Assembly: GCA_965238005.1 (NCBI GenBank) | Contig: OZ250165.1 | Coordinates: 3,840,001-3,904,000, forward strand | DNA: 64,000 nt | From: Longimicrobiales bacterium | GTDB taxonomy: Bacteria > Gemmatimonadota > Gemmatimonadetes > Longimicrobiales > Gaopeijiaceae | Direction of reading: 5' to 3' | Shown: in pieces, positions 50,261-58,901 of the stretch | How positions within the stretch are numbered: position 1 is the stretch's first letter | Layout: every line of letters starts with the position of its first letter | The notes under the pieces: generated by a model | Told to the model about the DNA's origin: nothing | Database searches by the model: none | Seen by the model: only the letters and a program-made list of their open reading frames with translations | Program-made: the position numbers and the translations under genes

Positions 50261-52867
50261 TCAGAATGAGAAGCCGAGGCCAACGAGCAGTCTCGTAGAG
50301 TCGTCGGAGTCCGCAAAGGTCACCGAGATCAACGGTGTGTGCTGCCTGAGGAAGGAGAACCAGAGACCTCCACCGTACGCGCAATGCCACAGGTCCGAGT
50401 CCTCGCCCTCCAGGTATACCCGTCCCACGTCGGTCATGGCATGGACTCCGAACTGGCCCGGCAGGACACTGCTCAGCGCCCCCAGACGGAGCCGTAGCTC
50501 GCTCTTCGCGAAGATCATGGCGTCGCCGGCGTAACGGTCGTCGTGCGTGCCCCGGAAGGTCTCGGCCCCGCCCAGATAGGCAGCACTGAGGTAGGGATAG
50601 ACTCCCCACACCTTCTTGCCCCCGACCTTGAGAGCGAGCACGGGAGACATGGGCATGGGCGCCTGGAGGAAGACCTCCACCGAACCGGCCAGCGTCCCGT
50701 AGTCCGACGTGAGCTCCGTGAACTCAGGGAAGTATGTGGCCTCGATCTCGATCCGGGCGCCCCTCGTCGGGAACCAGTCGTGGTCTCGGCCATCCCACTT
50801 CATCCCCGTCTTGATCCCGAACTGGAAGAGGTCGGAGAAGCCGTAGGGGTTCTCCTGCGCAATGAGGGTCCCCTCGTTCTTCGATCGCGAGTGCAGGTCC
50901 AGCTCGAACAGCGCTCCGCCGGTGATGACGAAGTCGTCGCCGGACCACCACTGAAGCTCCGACTCGAAGCTCAGGATCTGGCGATCGACCCGGAAGAAGT
51001 CGAGCCCGAAATCCGACCTCGTCGTCTCGTTCCCGAAGCCGAAGAAGCGGTAGCGGTCCGCGCCCTGGTAGCGCGCCCGGGCCTCCCCCCTGAGACGAGC
51101 CAGGGGGAAGTTCGTCCGGAGCTCGAGGAGCGGGAGCGGGGTCGCAGTCCCGACTCCGGCGGTGAATCCGAAGGAGCGTTGGTACGGGTAGTGGCGGAAG
51201 CCGAAGCTCTGCCGGGTCGCGCCCATCTGGACGTAGGTGCCTTTTCTTCCGCCGAACTCGAAGAGCGGGAAGTAGGCCCAGACATGGCCCCAGTCCTGCG
51301 GGCGAGCCCCGTAGCTCTCGACCACGTCGGGGGTCCGGTAGTCGTACTCGTGGACTTTCGTGTTCCGCCCCCTGGTGATCTCGTTATTGCCTCGGTCGTC
51401 GTGGAAGTGCACTCGACCCGAGCCGCTGGTTTCGTCGATGAGAACGTCGGCGCGGCCGCCCCCGACGACGCGAACCGTCACGCCACTGGAGGCATCGCCG
51501 CGAACCGTGGCCCGATCCTGCTCTCCCAGCAGGTAGTTGCGAACATCGTCGGTCTCCGAGCCGAGGAAGGTACGGTCGTAGAAGGCCTCGCCCCTGGGCT
51601 CTTCCTGGCTGTTCTTCTCCCAGAGCCGAACCCTCACCCGGTCACCCTCCAGCCATTCGACCAGGGCGTACTCCTCCTGGTCGGTCCCGAAAACGTCCAC
51701 GTTCCGGGCCAGGAGGTCGTAGAAGTCCCGGGCCTGGACCATGAGGTTGTCACGCCGCAGGGTGAGGGCCCGCGTCATGAAGTCTCCGACCCGATCGTAG
51801 TAGGCCGGTGGGAGTCGACCCACGGCGTCCCGGATGACCGCGTCGCTCAACCGCCGCTGGAGATCCGAGGCGATGGCTTCCCAGGTGCTCCACTCGAGAC
51901 CGGTGAGGAACTGACGGTCCAGGGCCCGGCCCGACCACGTGATCGCCAGGGCCGAAGGGTACTCCTCCTCGAACCCCACCAGGTGGGGAGCGACGCCCGG
52001 GGCGATACTCCGGAACCAGCGCAGTATGAGACCGTCCAGCCTGGTCAGGGCCCAATCCCGGTCGCGGGGAACCGGCCTGAAGACCAGGAGATCACCGTCC
52101 TCGAAGCCGGCCCACCGCCACTGATCGGGATGCCGGTCCCAATCTCGCACGAACATGTCCATGAGCCGGGCTCGTAGGAAATCCTCTGCGTCGACCCGGT
52201 TGTCCGGGTCCTCCTCGAGGCGCTCGAAGAGGCGCTCGGAGCTGATGACCCGGGTGGAGCCGGCGAAGCCGGGCTCGCCGTCGGGACCCTCGTCGGGCCG
52301 CTCCTCGGTGAATCCCAGGAGACCGGTGAACTCCTCCCGGAACTCGCCCAGTCGGGGATCGTCGGGCATGACCACGAGAATGGGATCGGGATGAAGCAGC
52401 TGTGCGGCCTCGAGGAGGGGGGCCACCAGGATCGCGGCCATGGGAAAGATGGCCGAGATCTGGTCCTGCTGGGCCCAGGCCACGAAGGTCCGCTGCAACA
52501 GTGGGTCCAACCCCCGCGCCGCGTCCTTGTCGATGGAGCGGAAGTTGTAGAGCACGCCGTCCTCTCCCCGCATCCTCAAGGACGACGTCTGCTTGCCGCC
52601 GCCCCGCCGCACCACTGTGAGCCCCCCGGCGTACTCGTCGAGGTCGAGCACCTGTGCCCTCACGGGGACCCGCCAGAGCTCCCGCCAGCCCCGCCCCATC
52701 ATGGCCGCGCGCAACGGATCTGCGTCGTAGCTCATACGGGGAGTGGCAAGGACCGAGTCGCCCCCATGAGGGGTCTGGGCCGAACCGGCTGGCGGTGGGA
52801 CGAGGACGGTCAGACACAGCAGGCCGAGCATCACCCAATCGCCCCGAAGCCCTTGCCGCGAGCGCAT
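50261..52867 (-). CDS. Outer-membrane protein: N-terminal kinase-like domain plus C-terminal Omp85 (BamA/TamA-like) barrel
   Basis: Signal peptide; GGGKQT, DWDRHPDQW, PRDRD; C-terminal LGG..FRG..RYAG, DVGRV, YGGGL and terminal GFSF. Start uncertain. Confidence 0.78.
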   Translation of the reverse strand: MRSRQGLRGDWVMLGLLCLTVLVPPPAGSAQTPHGGDSVLATPRMSYDADPLRAAMMGRGWRELWRVPVRAQVLDLDEYAGGLTVVRRGGGKQTSSLRMRGEDGVLYNFRSIDKDAARGLDPLLQRTFVAWAQQDQISAIFPMAAILVAPLLEAAQLLHPDPILVVMPDDPRLGEFREEFTGLLGFTEERPDEGPDGEPGFAGSTRVISSERLFERLEEDPDNRVDAEDFLRARLMDMFVRDWDRHPDQWRWAGFEDGDLLVFRPVPRDRDWALTRLDGLILRWFRSIAPGVAPHLVGFEEEYPSALAITWSGRALDRQFLTGLEWSTWEAIASDLQRRLSDAVIRDAVGRLPPAYYDRVGDFMTRALTLRRDNLMVQARDFYDLLARNVDVFGTDQEEYALVEWLEGDRVRVRLWEKNSQEEPRGEAFYDRTFLGSETDDVRNYLLGEQDRATVRGDASSGVTVRVVGGGRADVLIDETSGSGRVHFHDDRGNNEITRGRNTKVHEYDYRTPDVVESYGARPQDWGHVWAYFPLFEFGGRKGTYVQMGATRQSFGFRHYPYQRSFGFTAGVGTATPLPLLELRTNFPLARLRGEARARYQGADRYRFFGFGNETTRSDFGLDFFRVDRQILSFESELQWWSGDDFVITGGALFELDLHSRSKNEGTLIAQENPYGFSDLFQFGIKTGMKWDGRDHDWFPTRGARIEIEATYFPEFTELTSDYGTLAGSVEVFLQAPMPMSPVLALKVGGKKVWGVYPYLSAAYLGGAETFRGTHDDRYAGDAMIFAKSELRLRLGALSSVLPGQFGVHAMTDVGRVYLEGEDSDLWHCAYGGGLWFSFLRQHTPLISVTFADSDDSTRLLVGLGFSF

Positions 52868-53105
52868 CCATGACCCGTCGAGGTGGTGGCGATGTCGCCC
52901 GCACCAGGGCCGGGTCGGCTCCACCCGAATGCGGGCCGACGGCGGATCGATCATTGATGGCTCCGTTGGTATGGCGGGAAGAGAGAGGTCGGTGCCGGTC
53001 AAGTAATGACGTCCCATGCTGTACAGGGCAAGGCGTCCTTGAAGTGTGCCTGCCCCGGACTGATCTTCGTTCGATCCGGCGACCACCTGGCGGAAGGCAC
53101 AGACT

Positions 53106-53627
53106 ATGCGGATCGTTCCCCGTGTGAGCCTCTATGGCGTTCTCCTGGCGACCCTGTTCCTGACCCTACCGAACCGGGCCCGGTCGCAGGGCAACGCCAC
53201 CGTGGTGTACCTCGTGAGGCACGCGGAAAAGGTGGACGACTCCCGGGATCCACCCCTCTCGGAGGCCGGCCGGGAGCGGGCAGCGCTCCTCGCGGAGATG
53301 CTGGGGGACGCAGGGCTCACGCGCCTGCACAGCACGGATCTCGAGCGCACCCGGGAAACCGCGGCTCCCATCGCGCGGCAGTCCGGCCTCGAGGTCCAGC
53401 TCTACGATGGGCAGGACCTCGAGGGCTTCGCCGCGCGACTCCGTGCCACGCCTGGACGGCACTTCGTGAGCGGTCACTCGGACACGACACCGATGCTCGT
53501 GCGACTGGGAGGCGAGAGCTCGGACATCCCCGACCATGAGTACGACCGGCTATACGTGCTCACGCTCGAGCCCGGTGGTGGAGCGAGCACGGTGCTGATC
53601 CGCTTCGGGGCGTCGTCGGGGCGCTGA
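53106..53627 (+). CDS. Secreted histidine phosphatase (SixA/PGM-like)
   Basis: Signal peptide; LVRHAEK, RTRET, SGHSDT. Confidence 0.88.
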   Translation: MRIVPRVSLYGVLLATLFLTLPNRARSQGNATVVYLVRHAEKVDDSRDPPLSEAGRERAALLAEMLGDAGLTRLHSTDLERTRETAAPIARQSGLEVQLYDGQDLEGFAARLRATPGRHFVSGHSDTTPMLVRLGGESSDIPDHEYDRLYVLTLEPGGGASTVLIRFGASSGR

Positions 53628-53734
53628 CGGCTGACGGGGCGACCCCATGAGCCCCCCTGGGATCCTGGGGAAGGAACCGCCATCTTGTCTCGTAGTGTAG
53701 TTAGCCTATTCGAAGGATCCTCACCGAGACGCAC

Positions 53735-55327
53735 TTGGCCAGCATCGCCGTAGCAGAAGCCCAACCCGACGTCCTCAAAGCCCTTCGGTCCCTCGGGGGA
53801 CGGGGCACGGTGGGCGACGTCGTATCCGATGCCGGACTCCCCCGCGACCAGGTGGAGGCCTCTCTCAAGGGCCTCCTGGAGACCCACCAGGGACACCTGG
53901 AGGTCTCGGAGTCGGGAGAGCTCGTCTACCTCTTCGACCGGAAGCTGATCCGGCGCGACCGGGTCTCGACGCTGGAGCGCATCAAGAACTCGACCAAGAC
54001 GTTCCTCACGGGTGCGTTCAAGGCATGGATCGTCACCATGCTCGTCGTCTATTTCGTGGTGTTCGTGGCCCTGGTCATCGCGGCCATCATGGCGATGATG
54101 TCCAGAGGCGGCAGCCGAAGGAGCGGGGGGGGGAGCTGGGGACGCGGTGCCGGGAGGCATCACGGCCACTTCCACATCCCGAGCTTCTGGCTGTGGTACT
54201 ACATCTGGACCCCGCGCTGGCGTCTGGGTCGGCCGTACTACGGCCACCGCTGGGAGAGGACGCTGGAGAAGGACAACCGCCCCCCCTTCTACAAGAAGGT
54301 CTTCGCGTTCGTCTTCGGCCCGGACCGGCCCAAGCCCACGCAACAGCAGCTCGACCGCTCGACGATAAGGCTGATCCGGGCGCGGAAGGGCGTTCTGACC
54401 ACGACGGAGCTCATGGAGCACAACGCTCTCCCCCGTCCCGACGCCGAAGAGGAGATGGGGCGGCTGCTGGGATCGTACGCCGGTGAGCCCACCGTGTCCC
54501 GCGACGGAGAGCTGGTCTACACCTTCCCCGAGCTCATGGTGAGCGCTCACGGACCGGTGACCGCCAAGGAGCCCAATCCGGCCTGGCTGCGGCTGCAATA
54601 CCCACTGGAGCTCACGGGCAACGAGAAGAAGCACGACGCCGTCATCATCGGGATGAACGGCTTCACCCTGTTGGCGGGGGCGACGGCGCCTTGGTTCATC
54701 TTTCCGCAACTCGGCATCGCCGGGCCTGCCGCTTTCGTCGGACTCGTCCTGGTACCGGTGGTGTTCAGCGTGCTCTTCTTCGGTGTGCCCCTCCTGCGCA
54801 TGATGGGCGTGCGCCGCGAGAACAAGGCGCGGAAGGCCCGGAACGTGAGACGCCTGGTCCTGGGGATGGTCTATCGCGAGGCCCTGGCCGGAAGAGGGGC
54901 AGTGACGGTGGAGGGAGCCGTAGGCTACGTCCGTAACCGGCTGACGGACCAGCCCTTGGATCATTCCGCAGTGGAGGCCGCGCTCCACGACCTGGCGGCC
55001 GAGCTGGACGCCGACGTGTCCTCCGCGGCCGATGGGGCGCTGGTGTTCACTTTCCCGGCGATCCGACGTGAGTTCGTGGCCAGCGAGACCATCCGTCGGG
55101 AGCTGACGCTCGAGGACCGCGAGCTGGGTGATGTCGTCTACTCGAGCGCCGACACGCCACAGGAGGCCGCCGAGCGCGACATGGCCGACTTTGACCGCCA
55201 GCTCGCCGCCGCGGAAATGGACCTGAGCGGTTACCTTCCCTCCCCTGGCCGCACGGGCTTCGAGGACGACTACGAGATCCTCGCGTTCGATGAGGAGTTG
55301 AGAGGCCGCCGCATCAAACAGGGCTAG
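53735..55327 (+). CDS. Hypothetical membrane protein with repeated wHTH-like modules
   Basis: Three copies of (L/V)xVS..G(E/A)LV(Y/F)xF plus three TM segments; resembles uncharacterised cyanobacterial/plastid proteins (recollection). Confidence 0.75.
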   Translation: MASIAVAEAQPDVLKALRSLGGRGTVGDVVSDAGLPRDQVEASLKGLLETHQGHLEVSESGELVYLFDRKLIRRDRVSTLERIKNSTKTFLTGAFKAWIVTMLVVYFVVFVALVIAAIMAMMSRGGSRRSGGGSWGRGAGRHHGHFHIPSFWLWYYIWTPRWRLGRPYYGHRWERTLEKDNRPPFYKKVFAFVFGPDRPKPTQQQLDRSTIRLIRARKGVLTTTELMEHNALPRPDAEEEMGRLLGSYAGEPTVSRDGELVYTFPELMVSAHGPVTAKEPNPAWLRLQYPLELTGNEKKHDAVIIGMNGFTLLAGATAPWFIFPQLGIAGPAAFVGLVLVPVVFSVLFFGVPLLRMMGVRRENKARKARNVRRLVLGMVYREALAGRGAVTVEGAVGYVRNRLTDQPLDHSAVEAALHDLAAELDADVSSAADGALVFTFPAIRREFVASETIRRELTLEDRELGDVVYSSADTPQEAAERDMADFDRQLAAAEMDLSGYLPSPGRTGFEDDYEILAFDEELRGRRIKQG

Positions 55328-55403
55328 TGTTGTACGGGGCTCACATCATGATCCCCGTCGACCCCAGGTAACACGCCGAAGGACCGATACACCCGGAGGG
55401 CAT

Positions 55404-55436
55404 GAGGGCCCCGACCTCCCGCGGGTCGGGGCCCTC
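55404..55436. terminator. 13-bp perfect hairpin between convergent genes
   Basis: GAGGGCCCCGACC-N7-GGTCGGGGCCCTC; weak U tails. Confidence 0.65.
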
Positions 55437-55437
55437 T

Positions 55438-56469
55438 TCATGCGTAGTAGCGGGACAGCCCCTTCGACCTGACGACTTCCTGGTCCTTCGTCACGATCAT
55501 GGCCTCGGCGTCGGGCAGCCGATCGATCAAGTCCAGTCCCTCCCGGGGCCCCAGAACCATTACCGCCGTGGAGAGCGCATCGGCCGCCATGGCAGACGTC
55601 GTCACCACCGAGACCGCGCTCGTGTGATCGGGGGACCTACCCGTCCGGGGATCGACGATGTGGTGATGGCGCCGGTCCGCCGAGAGGTACTGCATGTAGT
55701 CCCCCGAAGTCGCCACGGACTCACCCCGAAGCTCGAGAACCTCCAGATGCCGGTCCACGGCGCGGGGGTCCTGGATCGCGACCGTCCATCCGTCGCCCCA
55801 CAGTCCGTCTCCCGATGACGACATCTCGCCACCCGCGTTCACCAGGACGCTCTCGGCGCCCCGACCCACCAGTGTGGCCACCGCCCGGTCCACGATGTAG
55901 CCCTTTGCGATGCCGTCCACTGTGATGGCCATCCCCGGCTTACCCAGGGCGATCCTCTCTTCGCTGACCGCCAGCTCGTGGAAGTCCACCAGGGTCAGAG
56001 CCCGCCGCAGGTCCGTGTCACTCGGCGGCCCACCGGTCCTGGAGAAGCTCTCGGAGTACAGGGTCAGGAGAGGGGCCACCGTGACGTCGAAGGCCCCCTC
56101 GGTCATGGCCGAATACTCGACGGCTCTCGACAGCACCTCCACGACTTCGGGAGCCGGTCCCGAAAGGAATCCGTGGCTGTTGAGGCGCCAGATGTCGGTG
56201 CCCTCCCGGTGGCGGCTGAGCAGACCTTCGAGACGCTCTATCTCGTCGAAGGTCGCGCTCATCATCTGCCGGGCCACCGACCCGTCTTGGTGCACGACGG
56301 AGATCTCGACCAGGGTCCCCATCTGTGTGTGGGTCTCGCTTATGCGGTGGAGCCCGGCTCGGCGCACCACGGCCTTCACGAGCCCGCCGCCGGCCAGCAG
56401 GCCCACACCGGACAAGGCCGCGATCCGCAGGACGTGGCGCCTGGAGACGTCGGGACCGGCGCGCTCCAC
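55438..56469 (-). CDS. apbE: FAD:protein FMN transferase with a Tat-like signal
   Basis: SRRHVL; MGT, GAFDVT, GIAKGY, ATSGDY, HHIVDPRTG, ADALST. Confidence 0.93.
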   Translation of the reverse strand: MERAGPDVSRRHVLRIAALSGVGLLAGGGLVKAVVRRAGLHRISETHTQMGTLVEISVVHQDGSVARQMMSATFDEIERLEGLLSRHREGTDIWRLNSHGFLSGPAPEVVEVLSRAVEYSAMTEGAFDVTVAPLLTLYSESFSRTGGPPSDTDLRRALTLVDFHELAVSEERIALGKPGMAITVDGIAKGYIVDRAVATLVGRGAESVLVNAGGEMSSSGDGLWGDGWTVAIQDPRAVDRHLEVLELRGESVATSGDYMQYLSADRRHHHIVDPRTGRSPDHTSAVSVVTTSAMAADALSTAVMVLGPREGLDLIDRLPDAEAMIVTKDQEVVRSKGLSRYYA

Positions 56470-56480
56470 CCTGTAGCCGC

Positions 56481-58775
56481 CTAGCGTCCCGTCGTCTGGA
56501 GCTGAACCAGCCGCGACTGCACGTCATCCATGTCGTGTAGGCAGACTCCGGCCTTCGTCAGGAGCTTGACCTCGCAGATGTTGCACCGGACGCACTCCTT
56601 GAAGTCCACGTCGGGACCGGAGATGGCGCCAGTGGGGCAACTCTGCTCACACACCTTGCAGACATCGCACTGCTTGACCCGTGGGATGCGGAAGATCGAG
56701 ATGAAGGAGGCGACGCCGAGGGCGGCGCCCAGCGGGCACGCGTACCGGCAATAGAACCGAGGGATGACGGCGGAGGCCAGAAGAATGCTGCCCGCGATGC
56801 TCCACATCAGAACGGAAGAGCTCAGGAAGAACACGGTTCCGAACGGCTCGAAGAACCCATATATGGAGATGTCGCTCCGGACCAGGGCTAGGACGACGAT
56901 GACGGCGAGGATGCCGTACTTGATGTAGATGGCCCGTTCGTGGATTCGCCTGGGCATCTTGCGCTGGAAACGCTTGGGTATCACGCGTTCCATGAAGTCC
57001 TGCAAAGCGCCGAACGGACAGAGGAATCCGCAGAACACCCGGCCCCAGAGCAGGGTCGTCACGATCGTGAAGACGATCAGCAGCAGCATGGCCAAGTCGC
57101 CGAGATAGACCCCTGGCCCTCCGGCGATGCCGCTGGTGATGTGCGATACGGACAGGAACCCACCGTCGACCCAGCCCAGATAGACGAGGGTCCCGCCAAG
57201 AGCCACCCAGCGCGCTGCCACGCCCTTGAAGAGGAATGCGTTCATGGCGAGTCCGAGGATGATGAGCAGTCCGACGACCCGGCTCCAACGGGTCTGCGCG
57301 AGCATCACGGAGAGCGCGGACTCGTCCTCCTCGTCCGAGAAGTCGAACTCGAAGCCCGGGGCGGCCTGGTCCGTCGGAGATTGCGCCGGATCCGCGGCAG
57401 CCGGCGCCGACTCGGCTTCCGGCGCCTCGGGCTGAAGAGTGGCGCCGTCCCCGCTCTCCACGGGCGCCGTGTCCCCTCCGTTCGTCCCGTCGGTGCCGCT
57501 TTTCCGGTCGCTTTCGTTGGCGCCGGTCGTGCCAACTCCCTCGCCGGACTCCGGTCCGGACGCGTTCACCGACGTCGTGGCGACCTCAGCAGCCTTGCTG
57601 TCCGACGATGCCACGGCATCGGTCTGGACGGGAGTCGAGCCTCCCCGAACGAACCTCAGGACGTCCGGGGGCACCGTGTACTCGATGTCGAAGGGATCGC
57701 CCTGCTCGTCATCGTACCGAATCGTGAACGGCTGGCTCAGGTCCACAGCACGGTCCACCAGCAGCATGGCCGAATAGAACACCTGCTCCGCCATCTTCCC
57801 CTCTGCGGGCCGTCCCCAGTAGACGACCTGGTTCCTGGGCAGGGGGTACGACTCTCCACCCTGTAACACCGTGAGGGCCCTGGGCCGGAAGCCGGCGATG
57901 AAGCTCCCGTCGAGTCCGAGGATCATCAGGTGGTAGTCCTCGTGCCGGGGACCCACCTTATGGACCATCGACGCGTACGCGTCGCCGCCGACCAGGATAT
58001 CGCCGAGTCGCTCGTTGCCCACGTACGCGAAGGAGAGGTCGAGCCCGAGGGCGTTATAGCGGACCACCTCCATCTTCGCGATGAGGCCGCTGGAGACCAG
58101 CTCGAGCCAGGTGAACTGCTCGAGCGCGGCGGCGGTCACACCACCGCCGCTGGATGCCGCGATCACCGTGGGTGCGGACCGGCGCAGATAGGCCATGGCC
58201 ACCCGACGAGCCGAGTTCCGGATGCCCCGTGCCATGGCCCCCATGCTGATGGTAGCTCCGCTGATGCCGTCGATGTCCCGGTAGATCCTGAACGCGTCCG
58301 CGACGTACTTGCCCGTGAACTGCGCCTCGACGCCGGGGGCCCTGAGGAAGTCACCCCTGGAGGCGGCCAGCGCCTCGTGGTGCGCGACCACGGCGGCCCC
58401 GGTCAGGTTACCGGTCAGGTCGACTCCCACCAGGACCTGGATGGATCCGCTGTATCCGAACTCCTCCGGGGGCAGGTCGGACGACAGGAAAACGTAGCCG
58501 ATCGATCTCCGGGACGTGCCGTTCGGATCGTCGGCGAAGGCGTGATAGACAGGCGGATCGCCAACCTTGTCGGAGAAGCTCGTAGCACCAGGCATCACCC
58601 TGGTGAGCAGCTCATCGTCGATGCGAAGGGGGATTTGTGCGACGGCGCTTCGTGGCAAAAGCAGGAGTGGCAGAAGCAGGAGAAGAGCCAGGGCCCGAAT
58701 GCCCCACACCTGGAGCGCAGGCCGGATCCTCGAACGACATCTCCTACCCTTCCCGGGCATATTCCTCAGCATCAT
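56481..58775 (-). CDS. NosR/NirI-like FMN-binding, 4Fe-4S membrane protein
   Basis: GYSG, DGISGATIS flavinylation motif, GRVFCGFLCPFG, RFYCRYACP, CDVCKVCEQSCP, CVRCNIC. Start uncertain. Confidence 0.88.
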   Translation of the reverse strand: MMLRNMPGKGRRCRSRIRPALQVWGIRALALLLLLPLLLLPRSAVAQIPLRIDDELLTRVMPGATSFSDKVGDPPVYHAFADDPNGTSRRSIGYVFLSSDLPPEEFGYSGSIQVLVGVDLTGNLTGAAVVAHHEALAASRGDFLRAPGVEAQFTGKYVADAFRIYRDIDGISGATISMGAMARGIRNSARRVAMAYLRRSAPTVIAASSGGGVTAAALEQFTWLELVSSGLIAKMEVVRYNALGLDLSFAYVGNERLGDILVGGDAYASMVHKVGPRHEDYHLMILGLDGSFIAGFRPRALTVLQGGESYPLPRNQVVYWGRPAEGKMAEQVFYSAMLLVDRAVDLSQPFTIRYDDEQGDPFDIEYTVPPDVLRFVRGGSTPVQTDAVASSDSKAAEVATTSVNASGPESGEGVGTTGANESDRKSGTDGTNGGDTAPVESGDGATLQPEAPEAESAPAAADPAQSPTDQAAPGFEFDFSDEEDESALSVMLAQTRWSRVVGLLIILGLAMNAFLFKGVAARWVALGGTLVYLGWVDGGFLSVSHITSGIAGGPGVYLGDLAMLLLIVFTIVTTLLWGRVFCGFLCPFGALQDFMERVIPKRFQRKMPRRIHERAIYIKYGILAVIVVLALVRSDISIYGFFEPFGTVFFLSSSVLMWSIAGSILLASAVIPRFYCRYACPLGAALGVASFISIFRIPRVKQCDVCKVCEQSCPTGAISGPDVDFKECVRCNICEVKLLTKAGVCLHDMDDVQSRLVQLQTTGR

Positions 58776-58901
58776 TCTCCCATGGGCGATCGCGGCCTAG
58801 AAATGGCCCACTGTACTTCTTCAACGGCCTGCTAGACGAACCCGGGCCTAATGGGAGCTTCAACGCGTGGGTCAGGTGTGTCAAGAATCGGCTCGATCTC
58901 G

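Noticed and set aside
53693..53701. TAGTGTAGT matching the IS630 terminus
   Set aside because: Only 9 bp, with no extension.
56481..58775. Denitrification (nos) cluster
   Set aside because: No nosZ, nosD, nosF, nosY or nosL in the window.
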